DNA of 63,027 nt, filler included, from Kipferlia bialata (GCA_003568945.1; 5 parts of 5 records of this genome joined end to end with filler, not necessarily neighbours in it), one strand, 5' to 3'. Shown: positions 37,069 through 51,571, counted from the whole stretch's first letter. Notes: generated from the letters alone by a model not told the origin. Numbers and translations: made by a program.

Positions 37069-40000
37069 ATTGTTGCCAAGGCAGAGAGTGTCGCAAGGCA
37101 GGAGAGAGAGAGAGAGGCCCTTGCAGGTGCCATGGCTGGGGCTGCTGCCCAGGCTGCTGAGTCCCGACATCAGTCAGCTGCCTCCTCCACCCTACTGGAC
37201 AGGGTGGGTGACAGGGGGGAGGGGGCAGGGCAGGTGGCACAGGCTGTGGGTAGGTTCTGGTCCCAGTGTGTCAGCAGTGTGTATCACGAGACGTGTCTGA
37301 GGGTGCAGAGGGCCCTGCTCCTGAGGGGGCAGAGAGAGAGTCGGGAGAGGACCAAGGCCCTTCTGCGCAAGACTATGCAGCTGAGTGCATTCATTACTAG
37401 AGACCTTGGCCAGCTACACAGTGGGCATGATGGCATGTACAAGAGGGGAATGGGAGAGGCAGAGGGAGAGGGAGAGCAGGTGAGAGGTGGGAGCCAGGAG
37501 GAGCATGGGATGTCGAGTCTGCTACTGGCAGACCCTCTATGCATGGGTGATGCAGATGAGGGGGAGAGTGCTGGGGAGTGGGTGCCAGACAGTGATGGGG
37601 ACAGTGAGACTGGGACTGGGACCACCTCTGAGGGTGATGATGTTATGGAAGGGGAGAGTGTATGTGAGAGGGAGGATGGGGATAGCCCCACCTCCACTCC
37701 CAAGCCCCTCTGCCACATCCCTGTCCCATGGCTATTGAAGACTAGCAATGCACCCCCACTCAGAGAGTACCAGAGAACAGGTGGGGTTCTCTATGCCTTG
37801 TCACACCCCACCTCTCTCTCACTGCTATTATTCCAGGTCAATTCCTTCATACCAATACACCCTGTGTACTAGTATGACCCTCTCCTTCTCTGACCTCAGG
37901 TCTGGACTGGCTGGCTGCCCTCTTCAGACACCGGGTCAATGGCATACTGGCAGACGAGATGGGGCTGGGCAAGACAATTCAGGTGCCCATGTCCATTGGT
38001 ATATAGATGTTCCTCCCTTCATAGTAGGAGGGACCCTTTAACTCCCCCCCCCCCTCTATGTCTCCTACCCCAGGTGATAGCCCTCCTTGCCCACCTGGCA
38101 GCTGAGTACCACATCTGGGGTCCCCACCTCATCATAGTGCCCACCTCGGTGCTGCACAACTGGGACAACGAGCTCAAGAGATGGGCACCGCAGTTCAAGG
38201 TGAGAGGGGACTGTCACTGGTGACGATACTGTCTGTTGGGACTTGGCCTGTGCTGACCCCAGGTCATTGTGTACCATGGGACCAAGAAGGCCAGGGATGC
38301 CATGAGGGCTGGGTGGACAAGGTGGGTGGCTGGAGTATGGCGTCAGGGTATACACTGTGTGTAAGAGCGGTGACCCACGAGGACCAGTATACTACTACTA
38401 TGCTGCTTTGATTGCGTTGTTTCACAGTCTCTGCCTCCCCCTAATGGTAGGCCCGGCCACCACTCGATAGTCATCACGTCCTACAATACGGCAGTGCAGG
38501 ATGCGGCTGTACTTAAGAGGCGCCGCTTTGTGTACCTAGTGCTGGACGAGGCCCACCACGTCCGGAACTACCTCAGCAAGACGTGGAGGACCCTGCTAGA
38601 GCTGCAGTCTGCCAGACGGCTGTTACTGACTGGAACACCTCTGCAGAACAAGGTAAGTGTAAGAGAAAAGGGATAGTGTGGACATGTGTTGTACCCTCGT
38701 TTGCATCTCCCCCTCCACCTTCTACCCCCAGGTCACCGAGCTGTGGGCGCTGCTCCACTTTCTGATGCCGGACTTCTTTGCGTCCCGGACTGAGTTTGTC
38801 GACCTGTTTGGGCGGGGTCTGACCCGTATGGCAGAGGGTCAGGAGGGGGTGGACAGGGGCGTGGTGGCAGAGGTGCACGCACTGCTCAGACCATTTCTGT
38901 TGAGGAGACTCAAGTGCGATGTATCACTTGAACTGCCATCCAAGACAGAGCACATTGTCCCAGTGCCACTGAGCCGCAGACAGAGGTATCGTGTAGTGTA
39001 TGGATGTGAGATACTTTGTGTCTCTGGCTGAGTGTTTGCAGATATGTTACTTACCCCACCCTCCTCCACCCCCAGGTATCTGTACGAGGAGTACATGAGG
39101 GCAGACGAGACACGGAGGCAGTTGCAGTCGGGGTCCTATTTCAAGGCAGCGTCCATTTTGATGCAACTTAGGAAGGTAAGCACTAGTGTGTCTATTACTG
39201 CTTCAACAATGCTACTCTGCATCGTTGTATATCTTTTCCTCTCTCTCACCTCAGGTGTGCAACCACCCCGACCTGTTTGAGACCCACCCTGTACTATCCC
39301 CCCTAGTCCTGCCCACCCCTCTCTGCCCCCTTCTACAGATGATGCAGAGAGGGGGGTGGATGAGGAGGGTGTATGACTGCGGCATTCCCAGCAACACCCC
39401 CCGTCCATTCAGACCACGATACCCCCACCTGTGCCCAGGCATCACCCCTTCAGCGTGGCACCCCCAGCCTGACCTATCTCCCCCACCCTCCACCCTCTTC
39501 CACACCTCCATATCCCCATTATCTATCCTGCACCCCCCTGGTGTTGCCTTTGATCGGACCTCCACCCTGCCCGAGGGGCCTCTCAATGCCAGGCTGTTCC
39601 TCCATCCCGTGTCTGTGCCTGGGGTGTCATCAGAGGGGTGTGGCAGTGTGGGACAGAGGCAGTCTCTGCTAGATAGAAGGGGCCACGCATGGACACCCAG
39701 CCTGCCCTCCCTCCTCGCCTCTCTCTCTCTCTCTGAGCTCTCTCTGAGTCCTGCCAGTGTGTCATGGCTGGTGGCAGAGCACACGGCATCCCAGCAGATA
39801 CACGCCGGGAGGGTCAGGGAAGGAGGTAGGGGTGTACCAATTGCACTCCGAGGGGCAGGGTCAAGTGTGGGTGCCTTCCTACAGCGTGTGGCTTCACGTA
39901 GTGGTGCTCGCAGTGTGGTTGGCCCAGTGTCGTGTTTGAATGAACCCACCAAGGATGGGTACTCATTTGGTGCCACGAATATGGGTGATCATTCACACAG

Positions 40001-42508
40001 CCCAACTGACCAGGGTTTGTGGAACTATGCTCGGTACATCGCTGAAGGGGGGACAGCCTTTCTTAATACCGCACTAGACCAGACCCCCTGTCCACCATGG
40101 GATACTATGGAGGAAGGGTCTAATGGCGACGTATCCTCTGCCCACCTATCCACGGTGGCCTCTGCCCTGGGTCTAGTGGCTGGTAGGGTGCACAAGACAC
40201 TCTCCCTCTCGGCCTCGAGGTGCCATAATGCCCTGACCTACCTAGGTGTGAGTAGTCCAGTGTGTGCTGAGCTGTACAGGTGTGTGGCAGACACTCTTCT
40301 CCAGATGGGCAAGGGCACTCTGCTGTGCAGGGAGTATGCCTCAGCATTCTGCGCCTGTCCCTCTGTGCAGGGGTGGCCCAGCCCTGCCTCTCTGTCTATG
40401 CCTGACCTGCCTGACCTAGTGCTATCCCCCACTAGTAGGTTAGACAAGGTGTGCTGTCACTCCAAGGGTGTGGAGAGGCGCATTCTCTATGCAGCGCGTG
40501 ATGTTGTGGTGCCTGATCCCCTAATCATGGGTGACACGGCCCATGCCACTCTGTTCATGCCCTGTCACACCCCCAGACAGGGGTATGACCCCAGTACAGT
40601 ACAGGCACAGAGGGAGTGGGCCGGCATAGAGCTGTGGTCGGACCCATTGGTGTCACAGTACGGCAAGGGTATAGCATGCATAGGCAGACCATATGCGGGT
40701 GGCACACACACACCGTGCCAGCCACACCTTTCCTTAGGGGACGGTGCTCCCCACCCCGACCCCGCTCTGTCAGCCCATCCCCAGACACCCACCTCCACAC
40801 CCACACCCCACTCAATCCTGAGTCGGGTGGGGTCAGCGGGGGCCAGGATACTCCGGTTCCCCCCCTCCCACCTCGTTGAGCAGGACTGTGGGAAGCTCAC
40901 TGTGCTGCGGCGTCTGCTACAGGAGAGACATGCCGGTGGACACAGATGCCTCATCTTCTGCCAGATGACTAAGATGCTGGACATTCTGGAGGCCTGGGTC
41001 AACCTGTATGGGTACACATACGTCAGATTGGACGGATCTACACCTCCCCAGACAAGGCAGGACTTGATAGACAGGTGGGTGGTGAATGTAGATGTGTCTG
41101 TTACTCACTGGTATATTATGTATACCTCCCTGCCCTCACTTGTGTTGTTATAAGAGTAAGCTGGTGACTGACCTCTAGGTACAACCGGACTGATCGGTTA
41201 TTTCTCTTTCTCCTCACCACCCGTGCTGGTGGCCTAGGGGTTAACCTCACAGGTATGTATATGTTGGTGTATGTGTCTCTGAGAGTATTCCACTTCAAAC
41301 CATTCATGATCCCCCATATCAAAGAGCATGTGGCATATGGTATGTATATGATATCTGGTGTAATTCTGTACTCTATGCCTGTTCCTGACGAGCCAGGTGC
41401 CGACACTGTCATCTTCTATGACAGTGACTGGAACCCAGCCTGTGACGCACAGGCCCAGGACAGGTAGGGGGGGATGGGTCTGTGCATTTACCTGTAGCTG
41501 TATGATATGTAGTGCCCCTCTTCCTCACCCCAGGGCCCACCGCATTGGTCAGACCCGGGATGTGCACATCTTCAGGCTGGTCAGTGCCTACACGGTGGAG
41601 GAGAACATCCTCAGGCGGGCAGGGCAGAAGCAGCTGCTGGAGAAGCTGGTGAGTCAGGCCTATGCTCATTTATATTCGCCCTCTACCATGTGGTCTGTAT
41701 CATATACTGTATGTAGTATTTCATGCCCCTGACGCAGGTGTGCCGCGATGGGGCCTTTGTGCCTGAGTTCTTCAGGGGTGAGGACACCTTCCACGATGCC
41801 CTCTCCCACAGACAGGGCCAGGTGGGCAGGGGGGACCATGCCGTGGCTGTGGTCTCTGTCACAGACGTGGCCCTGGGGGATAGTCAGGCAGGGGACATTG
41901 GCATATCAGACGGCCTCACCCAGGCCCTGGCCCAGGCAGAGGACTCGGACGACCAGGTGGGGTGGGGTATGTAAGAAATGTCAAGGGGGGGGGGTTGGTA
42001 TAGTGTGTCAAGGGTTATGTGTATGACCCCACTTATTCTCACCCCTCAGGAGGCAGCAGACAGGGCCCTCCGAGAGGCCAACCTGGAGCTGCAGCAGTGG
42101 GCCTCTCTCTCCATGGCAGATGAGACTGCCACAGACACCCAGGCAGAGAGGGAGGGGGAGGGGGAGAGGAGGGGGGCAGCCCTCGCGAGAGTGGAGACAG
42201 AGCTACAGGCGCTGGAGGACGTGTATGCAGCAGCCCTACCTGTGCGTCGTCATGCCCTGTCCAAGGTGAGGCAGGAGGTGTACGCCAATGCAGCCTGGGT
42301 ACAAGGGGTGAGGGAGGAGGTGCTGGGCACAGACGCGGCAGAGAGGCCGGAGTGCACGGTGTCTGATGTAGTCAGAGCACATGTCACAGACAATCCAGGC
42401 AGTGCTACGGGTGGAGTATGCGATGGGACAGATGCAGTCCAGTTTGACCCCCGTCTCTTCCTCCCCCCCCTTGACACAGGGGGTGTGGAGAGGTGGCACA
42501 GCGAGAAG
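37069..42508 (+). CDS. SWR1: SWR1/SRCAP/PIE1-subfamily Snf2 chromatin remodelling ATPase; partial at both ends
   Basis: [77 protein letters not shown], long split-ATPase insertion, [60 protein letters not shown]. Confidence 0.93.
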
Positions 42509-42565
42509 GTGGGTGGTGAAGAATTATGGTTACTATGTAGTCTCCTCCTTCTGTGCAGCTCTTTC

Positions 42566-42597
<32 letters not shown>

Positions 42598-42605
42598 TTC
42601 CTCTC

Positions 42606-42705
42606 NNNNNNNNNNNNNNNNNNNNNNNNNNNNNNNNNNNNNNNNNNNNTTAATTAATTAANNNNNNNNNNNNNNNNNNNNNNNNNNNNNNNNNNNNNNN
42701 NNNNN
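42606..42705. other. artificial contig spacer
   Basis: N-TTAATTAATTAA-N, 100 nt. Confidence 0.97.
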
Positions 42706-42843
42706 GGGGTTTTGTGGGAGAGATTATCCCCCCCCCCCCCCCCCCCTTCCCCCATTCCACCCCTCCATGCATCTTCCGTTCCTCGGTCTTCGTCTCTCTC
42801 CCACTGCTTCCCCTCCTATCTCCCCAAACTCTCACTGACATAG

Positions 42844-45813
42844 GCTCCTACCAGAAGAACCTGCCGGCAGACCCAGACGACCCCTATGAGTTCCCGCCCA
42901 CCTTTGACAGGTATGTGTATAGTATGTATATACATACATATTGGTATATATATATCTACCTGTCACAACTCTCTCTCTCTCTCTCTCCTCCCTTCCCTCA
43001 CCCAGGTTCCATGCCTTTGGGCCCCAACACTCAGACGAGGATGGCCTTACAGCACTCAGGAAGCTAGGTGGGTTGACTTGTATGTACACATCTCCCTCTC
43101 TCTCTCTCTCTCTGACCCCAGGGTACAACTGTGTGCGTCTCTGTGTGTACTTTGAGAGTCTGGAGCCAGAGAGAGGAGTCCTGAACCAGGTTGGGTAGCT
43201 GTGTACTATTAGTCCGCCATGGATATATTCTGGTGTCTCTTTTCTGTCTCTCTCTCTCTCCCTCTGACTCAGGCTGTTCTTGATGACATCATATCCTTCT
43301 GTCGGACAGCAGAGAGACTGGACATGTATGTGATAGTCGATGCACACCAGGACCTGGTACGACTTGCTCATACTATATACGTGTTCTCCGAACACATCGT
43401 ATATAATCTACCCGATGCCTGACCCCAGTACAGTAGGCGCCTCTGTGGTTCAGGCTATGCTGACCATGCCCTGCCCCCTGCCGTGAGGGACAGACTCATG
43501 AAGGGGGACTACTGCTACAAGGTGGGTGGGGTACCCACCTCTTGTCACTAGTATATGATACCATCAACTACTCTCTCTTCCCCCAGGGCCGTCCATCCGA
43601 CCACCTGTTGATGCCTGGTGGTGACTGGGGCACGAGGGCCATGTCAGATGTGGAACAGGTGGGTAGGGTGATATATATGTAGCATGTATTCATATATATA
43701 TATATACTTGCATGTATGGATGTCAGATGTGGAGCAGGTAGTGGGTGGTTAGTGATATACATATACAAACATGCATGGAGTTATGTATGTACATACCATG
43801 GCACTCACCTTCAGAAGGAGGTATGGGAGCACTTCTATGGGGGAGAGAGTGACCACCACTGCGAGACATTCGGCAGACTGGTACACGCACTCACCATGGC
43901 TAGGTGCAGGGCAGTCATAGGGTGGGTAGTATCACTATGCTGTATATTATATACACTATGTATATACTAACCATAGGTACGACATCATCAATGAGCCGGG
44001 TCTGCCCCTGGTGTATCACCTCAAGTTCCTATACAGGTTTGACCTTGTCAGACGGTACAGGGCCAGGCTCACAAGGTGAGGGGTGTTTATGCGTATGTTT
44101 GTTTGTATATACCCCTGTCCCACCCCAGGTTCTATGAGAGGGCCATCCTGACCATAGACAGTGCCTATGAGGGGGCACTGGCAGACATGGATGTGGGGAG
44201 GGAGGGGGAGAGGGAGAGGGAAGGGGAGGTAGAGAGTGGGGCTGAGGAGAACTGGGAGGGAGAGGGAGAGGTGAAGCCTGGCAATGCAGCTGGTCCCCCT
44301 CCCCCTGTCCCGCTATTCTTTGTGGAGCCATTCAACTTCGATGTCTCCCAGGTATGGTTCTACACTAGCGATATGTATACCCTCTTTGATACCTCATCTC
44401 TCTAAATGGTCAGGTGTTCCCCGGTGTCCACATTGGACTGGACAGACTCTCTCTCCCCCAGCCCCTCCTGGCCAGGACTGTCTATGCGGCACACCTCTAC
44501 CAGGTGACAAAGAACAGATAGTTATAGAACTCCGATAGGGATACTCTTACCCTTTTACTATTATGGATACTTGCCCTCACTCCCAGCCTGTCCCCCTCTT
44601 GAGACCTGACCCAGACCCACTGATGTCCAACCACTGCAGGTACTGTGGTGGTACAGGGGTATTGATACTACTAATGTACATAGACTAGAAGCATAACACG
44701 CAGTCAGTGTTCTCACCCCCAGGGATGCCCTCACTGCTGGGTGCGCATGTGTGTTTGTGGGGGAGTTTGGTGACCTGGTACGTTGACACAATTGTCGTCT
44801 CCTAGTTCCATTCCACACCCCTCAATTGAACCATTCTACCCCGTGATGTCTCACCACAGTCCTTCTCCTCTGGTAAGCGTGCCCCTCTCGCCTTGATGCA
44901 CAACCAGCTGGCCATGTACTCAGCATACCACATACCATGGGCGGTGAGTTGGCATATAGATGCAGTCACTGCCTACCCATTAATTGTGGCACTTGCGTCC
45001 TCTTCCATACATCTGTCTATATATATATATCTCCTCACCCCCAGGTCTGGGAGGTCAACTGTGCTGGTACATTCCCCTGGAACGATGAGGTATGGTGGCA
45101 TACCTATGCATGTGTGGGATAGTCCACACATGCACATCCCCTACCCCCAGGACATGACTGTGCTAGACTCTAAGCTCAAGCCCACATTCATCCAGACCAG
45201 GTGCTTCTCCCCTGCCCTCAACCCCCAGCTGTGGCCCAGGGCCAAGGTATTATACATCGCGTAGAATACAAGATTACTATGGATATCCTGGTGTATTTCT
45301 GACCCTAGGTGATCCCCCGTATTCTAGGGGGCCCTGGTGAGTACAGACTGGTGTTCCGGGCCACTGCCCTCTGTCCTGAGGGTAGGGGTCTGCCCCATCC
45401 CGCCATGCAGGGGCTGCTATTGAGGTAGGGGGGTACTAGGGAGTGTGATCATATACTTACACCTCCTCTTTCACTTCTCATTCTCACTCACTGCCAGGAC
45501 CTCCTACCCCCAGCACCCCGCTGACTCTGGGCCAGACAGAGATGCCAACGTGATGGAGCAAGGAGAGGCTGTGGCTGTACTACCAGTGGACAGTAGGGGC
45601 ATGCACCTCAGACTGACAGGTGCCCTGCTCTCCCGCACCCTACCCCCCAGGACCACAGTCCCAGTAGCCAGAGCAGGGAATGCATGTGGGTTCTGTCTGT
45701 GGGTGTTTGCAAAGAGCACCCGTAGGGAAGAGATGAGAGAGGTTGCCAAGATAGTAGAGCGGTTGGGAGGGGTGTTGGGTGTGGTGCAAGGGAGAGACAT
45801 TGTGGTGGAATAG
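42844..45813 (+). CDS. glycoside hydrolase family 5, endoglycoceramidase-like; 5' partial; many short introns
   Basis: LRKLGYNCVRLCVYFESLEPERG, VIVDAHQDLYSRRLCGSG, VIGYDIINEPG (acid/base Glu ~43993), FFVEP, VFVGEFG (nucleophile Glu ~44762). Confidence 0.85.
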
Positions 45814-46126
45814 AGGAGATATGATATATTGTGACACAGTATGAGCATCTGAATGCATAGATCAGTCCTCTTTACACATACTGCTCGTGTATGACACTTG
45901 TTGACACATCCCCTAACGTTTGACAGCCACTAACACTCGACTCATAATTGGTGTTAGTATCAAGTATCAAATACCCGTGGACGGAGGAGACAGCTCTATC
46001 TGTGATCCGTGTGTACACCCTCCAGTGGACAGCTTGACACCATAGTCTAGATACTATATCATAGTCTGGAGTGTGGACTGGTGTTCAGAAGGAAACAGAC
46101 CCACTCCCAGGTATCTCACTATCCAG

Positions 46127-48617
46127 TTACTGGGTTACCGCCAAGGAGACTGGAACACAGTATGTGGCCCATGGATTGATGGACCCGCATCTTATCAAAG
46201 CTCCAATGCCTGATCCTGCTCTGAACCAGATTCCAATAGAACTATCCTCGTACAAGACACTATGAGGAGCACTGACAGGTCCATGGGTAAATATCTCATC
46301 TCCACAGAGATGTTGGTTGAGTGTGTATAGGGGCACAATAGTGAAGGCCACGTCTGCTAGACCTAGGGCCTATATGTGACACATACACACTTGCTGGATA
46401 GCCCGGAGTGCAAGGCAGTGGGGCGGTGCAGGGTGTGACAGGAGGGTAACATGGCAACAGTGCCTAAGAGGGAACTGGGGGGACCCGTCTGAGCAGCGTC
46501 TCCAACACACTATGCCTTGCCTGGATATAGGCCATGCAGTAGTCCCTCTGCTCCTCCAGCACCACCTTGAAACTACCCAAGAAACGAAGGTCCTTCAGCC
46601 TCTTGAGCTCTGCTGGGAGCCAGTCATACTCTGCCCTCAGATACTGGTGTCAGGAAGAGGGGGGGGGGGTACTAGAGAGGGTGGATGAGCATACAGATAT
46701 AGTAGACCAGAGAGACAATAATGAAGAAATGAACTGAACTGTAGCCTCCATACCTCCTTACTCTGAGCCCTATCGAACTGGTTCCTCTGGTGGCTACCCA
46801 CCAGTCTCTGGTGCACCCCTCTCAGCCACACCAGCTTGGGAAGAGGGGTGCGGTAGTCCAGCAGCTGGTCATACACTGCATCTGCCCACTGCACCACCGC
46901 ATCTAGAGGCCACTCCTCCAGGGGGTTGGCTCCTAGGGCAGACTGGAGGATCGAGGAGAAGTCAGTGCTCGGCTCGCCACTCTCCACATGTCCACCAGGC
47001 GTATCTGTACTGGGCGCCTGGGACTGCATGGTAGGCATGTTAGGATTCGGTCCAGTAGAGGTATCAGTATGGGTGGTACCAGAGGCTGTGTCTGTGTGAC
47101 TGACATTGGGTGCCTGTATTCGCTTGGCCTGTGGGGCCGATGGGCCTACACCACCCTCCCCCCCACTCTCTCTCTCACTAGATCCAGTCCCCACCTTCAC
47201 AGCTACATGACTCTCACCAAGAGTCACATCCCCACCTGCCTTCTGGTCTGTCTGTATGCCAGCCTCCACTAACACCGGGGGTGTCTCCTTCGGTGTCTCC
47301 TCAGTCTGCACTACTATATGCTTCACACGTGTGGGTGGTGTCTGTGTCTCCCCCTCAGCTGTGTCCAGCCCTACCAACAGGTTACACGACACCCCAGGCA
47401 GGGCCACCTTAATGTTGTAGTGCCGGGCCACGTCCTGCACCACATGCTCCATGTTGGCATGCTGGGACACCTCAGATAGGGCCTGTCGGTACAGGTTGAC
47501 CCGGCTGCTGAGTAGGCGCCTCTCCCTGTCAACCCCCGCCCTCTCCCCCCTCTCCTTGCCCAGGGTCTCCTTCAGGTGCTTGATCTGTGCCTCATGTCCC
47601 TGTATGATGAGGTCAGCCTGCTGCTTCTCCACCTGTGCCCTGGCTCTCTCTCTCCCCAGCCTCCCTATCTCTTCCTTGCTGTTGGCCTTGACCCTCGACA
47701 GCTCCTCCACCAATGCCCCCAGCCTAGCCTGCTCCTGCCCACTCACGGCCTGTATGTGCCTCAGCTCGGCAGCCTCCTTCGCCGTCTTCATCCCTGCGGA
47801 CAGGAGCTGGTACTGCTGGTGCCGCTTCACATCCTCAGAGTGCCGCAGAGACGATGACTCTGTCACACTGCGTAGCCTGGCCTCCAGCTGGACCGAGTGA
47901 CTCTTCTGCTCTTCTAGCTGCACTTGCAAGTCACGCTGTGCCTGACCGTGCGTCTCTAACTTGGTCAGTAGGTCCCGTATCTGCTTGTCCTTGGCCTGGA
48001 TGAGGGTGCCGTACCGGTCTGCGGCCTGGGTCGACGCCTTCTCCTCTGATGCCCCCTGGGCACCCCCCACATATGTAGACACCAGGGGCCAGAGGAGGTG
48101 GGAGGTGTTGCCACGCTTGACGTACCATCCACTGGGTTAGAGAGGGGGGGGGGACAGATACATAGTAAAGGACTATATATGTGTAGAGTTGCATACCTAT
48201 CCTCTCGGAACGTGAAGCCACCCAGGATGAACCGCCTCATATGTGCGCGACTCGGCCAGTCGACCAGTCTATAAACAGCATGGGACGATACAGTGCCATC
48301 GGTGTCTGGGTCTGGCAGAGACTCCATACTCTAGAAGTGAGAAGTGGGTAATAGCCTCTAGCCGCAAGGAGAATAGACGTATACACGTAACGATATATAA
48401 TGTTCGTGAACACCCTGACTCAGTTCCAACATAGACTAACCTGGTTTCTGGGGTGGGACTGGGTGGTATGTTTCTGGCCGTCTGGGCGTGTGTCGATGTT
48501 GTAGTACCACCCCAGCAGTTCCTGCATCTTGCGAGAGGGTACATGGACAGGAATGGCCACCGGTGGCCCATTGGACACAATGGCAGTATCCTGACTGACG
48601 ATGACCAGGAGAAATCT
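46127..48617 (-). CDS. hypothetical coiled-coil protein; 5' partial (upstream cut at poly-G)
   Basis: In-phase exons ~48440-48617, ~48197-48330, ~46754-48131 and ~46390-46643 with canonical splice sites; long heptad region. The last exon (to 46127) is uncertain. No recognised family. Confidence 0.55.
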
Positions 48618-48701
48618 CTAGAGTGGGGGCATGCGAGAGGGGTGGCATAGAGAATACAGTCTTACACAGAGAATATACAAAGAGTGAAAGACAGTAATAA
48701 T

Positions 48702-48746
<45 letters not shown>

Positions 48747-48777
48747 GTGATGTACAGTGTACACTATACTATAGTAC

Positions 48778-49531
48778 CTGGAGTGGGGTGTTGCTCTGAG
48801 TAGGTCGAGCAGCCGACCAGTGAGGGCAAAATGGCCCAGGTGGTTGGTGCCTGGGGTGGGGTAGAGTGTGACACTGGGAGAGGCAACTCAAAGAGAGTCA
48901 GGTATATATACATATAAGAACGTGCGTACCCATCTGGCTCTCCCAGCCATCTGCTGTCTCCTGATAGGGGGGGACCATGAGGCCTGGGTGAGAAGGGCAG
49001 GGGGGGGGGGGACATGTATACAATACACACACTCATATACCGAGGGAGTAAAGAATGACACTGATACCTAGAATAGTATTGCATTATGTAGACGTCAAGA
49101 GACAGCATACTCCACCCACTGACCTGCATTGTTGATGAGCACATCCAGCCTCTGGTACTGGGCGTGGAAGGCCCGGGAGAAAGCACGTACACTGTGCATG
49201 GAGGCAAGGTCAAGCTGGGGGTCAGGAGAGTGTATCAGTGCAATACAGCATGAAGGGTGAATGAGTGTATGTTGCCTACCTCCATGACTGTGAGGTCAGC
49301 GTTGGGCACCTCCTCCAAGATGCCCTGCCTAGCTGCCTCTGCCTTTGACACAGTCCTACAGGCCATGACAACAGAGGCACCCTTGCTGGACAGGCCCTTG
49401 GCGGCCTCAAGGCCTAGGCCGCAGTTGGAGCCGGTGATCACCACCACCTTCCCAGTCATGTCAGGGATGGAGTCCACATCCCAGTGCTGGTGCTCGGGAT
49501 CGGAGGCGCGGGAGGGGTTAGAGCCTGCCAT
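48778..49531 (-). CDS. short-chain dehydrogenase/reductase (retinol dehydrogenase/WWOX-like), N-terminal half only
   Basis: IPDMTGKVVVITGSNCGLG, MACR, LDLAS, LDVLINNAG, DGWESQMGTNHLGHFALT. Stops at a donor before poly-G 48702-48743; the YxxxK half is not seen. Confidence 0.88.
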
Positions 49532-49895
49532 ACAATGTATGGATGTAGAAAGAGGCAACACATGTGAAGATGATACCGATTCCTTATCCCAATGAATCAT
49601 CCTGCTTTTCAGTGTGGAACACTATTTATTTTCTCAGTGCTTGTCACATAATACATAGGAACCCGGCTCCACAATATCTATTACGAACGCAGCAGCCACT
49701 CCATCTCACACTGATATACATACATACATACATCAGATCAAGGCAAGTTCACACAAAACAACAACAAAGACATAAAACAACTACAGCCGGACAGTGACAT
49801 CACTCGTGTCACACTATGCGACCATTAACAACCAACCAAACTCCATCAGGCCTTGGACAGGCCTGTTTCCACAACGTACATCCTATTCCCTCGCT

Positions 49896-51571
49896 CTACT
49901 CTGTCCCCAGTATGACTAGGGAGTCGTCCATGAGTCTGAAGGTGGCAGTCCCCTGGGTCATGCACTCAGAGACAGACTCACAGTTGACAATGGCCCTGGG
50001 GTGAGGGGGAGGGTGGATAGAGATATAGACAAGGGAGTGGGTACATATATATATATATACTATACTACCACCCACCCGTATAGACACATGTCGCCTGATG
50101 CCCCACAGGACCAGTCCCAGTACATCTCGGCACCATCACTGGGGGTGAGGGGGGGGGGGGTATGTGTATGTATAGGAGCACATGTAAATTTTCTGATAGA
50201 AGTGTTTACCCACCTGACCGTGACATCGGGTGCTGTGGCCACACTGGCAGTGCCACTCTTCACCATCCCATACCCTGCATCCAGACCACCCCCCTCGTAC
50301 ACCCCTGCTGTATCAAAGAGGGAGGTCTTGATGGTTGGGTACACCACATTCACCAGAGACCCAGTGTCCCCTGACCCAGTGTATGTGACTGATGCACTGT
50401 CACTGTACAGGTACATGTCCAGGTCTGGGCACTCTACCCCATCCACAGTCACCACCCCAGCCGGGACATGGGCCCTGAACCTGGTGGAGCAGTCTACATC
50501 TAGGGCGGAGAAGCGGACAATGTTGCTGTCTGGGGATGAGTTGACTTGGAAAGAATGCAGACTATTATAACAATTACACAATACCTAGTAGTTCATCCCG
50601 GAACACGCTCTCATTGATGGACACATAGTCCACCTCTACATTCTCTACCAGGAGGTGCTCTATAGTGCCTAGGGGTGAGATGGTGGTGTCTATTCTAGCT
50701 CCATTAGCAGATACATACCTGTGGCTGTGATAGCGAGTGCCCTACACGATAGGTCTGACACTGTGACCGTGTCTGCATCTGCATCGTGTAGGGACAGGTG
50801 GAGGTCGTAGTATGGGAAGGACATCGAGTACAAAGGGACACTCACAGTGACCTGGGGGTGAGGAGATACCGTAAACTCTATCTCTATCGGCAGATACAAT
50901 GTGACTGTGTACAATGACCCTCTCCCATACCTCCACCTCCAGCCCTGCCTCTTGGTCACTGGTCTGACACGAGATGTGGGTGCCAACGCCTGGCAGTGAG
51001 AGAGAGGGAATATAGTCCCCACTATATAGTGTACTAATACATATGTGTAGTACACATGCCGCACCGAACCCCCGGAACTGCATGTTGTCCCCCGATGTGT
51101 GCTCACAGGCCGGGGTTGCCCCGCTGCCCTCTGCTGCTGTTGCCTTGACATGCACCGACATCTCCCCCTCTGCTATAGTCTCTGTGGTGACAGACACCCG
51201 GGTGGGATTGTATATCTCTATCGCCAGGGGAGAGGGGGGGAGGGTCACCACCATAGACAGTGGGCCAACGTCCTCAGCTACTGTGCTCTGGTAGTACAGC
51301 CACCCACTCACACTCCCTACGGCTAGCAGGGCGAGGCACACTAGCCAGGCAGTGATGCCACACCTGCAGTACCCCCTGAGTGGCCGGGAGGGGGGCAGGC
51401 CGTACTTGAGCCGCATGCTCTCCCTCTCCCACCCCTTGCCCTTAGCGCCCCCTCTCTCCTTGTCCTTGACACTCACACTGTGCACCTCGTCCTCCTCCCC
51501 ATCCCACTGCACAGGTATGATGGACCAGGGGGGGAGGAGGGCCTCGCGCATGGCCTTGCTGGGCTTGCGGC
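49896..51571 (-). CDS. hypothetical single-pass membrane protein with beta-rich extracellular region
   Basis: Multi-exon ORF; hydrophobic ITAWLVCLALLAVGSVSGWLYY segment; canonical CTNACCCCAG acceptors; TAG at 49896. Confidence 0.6.
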
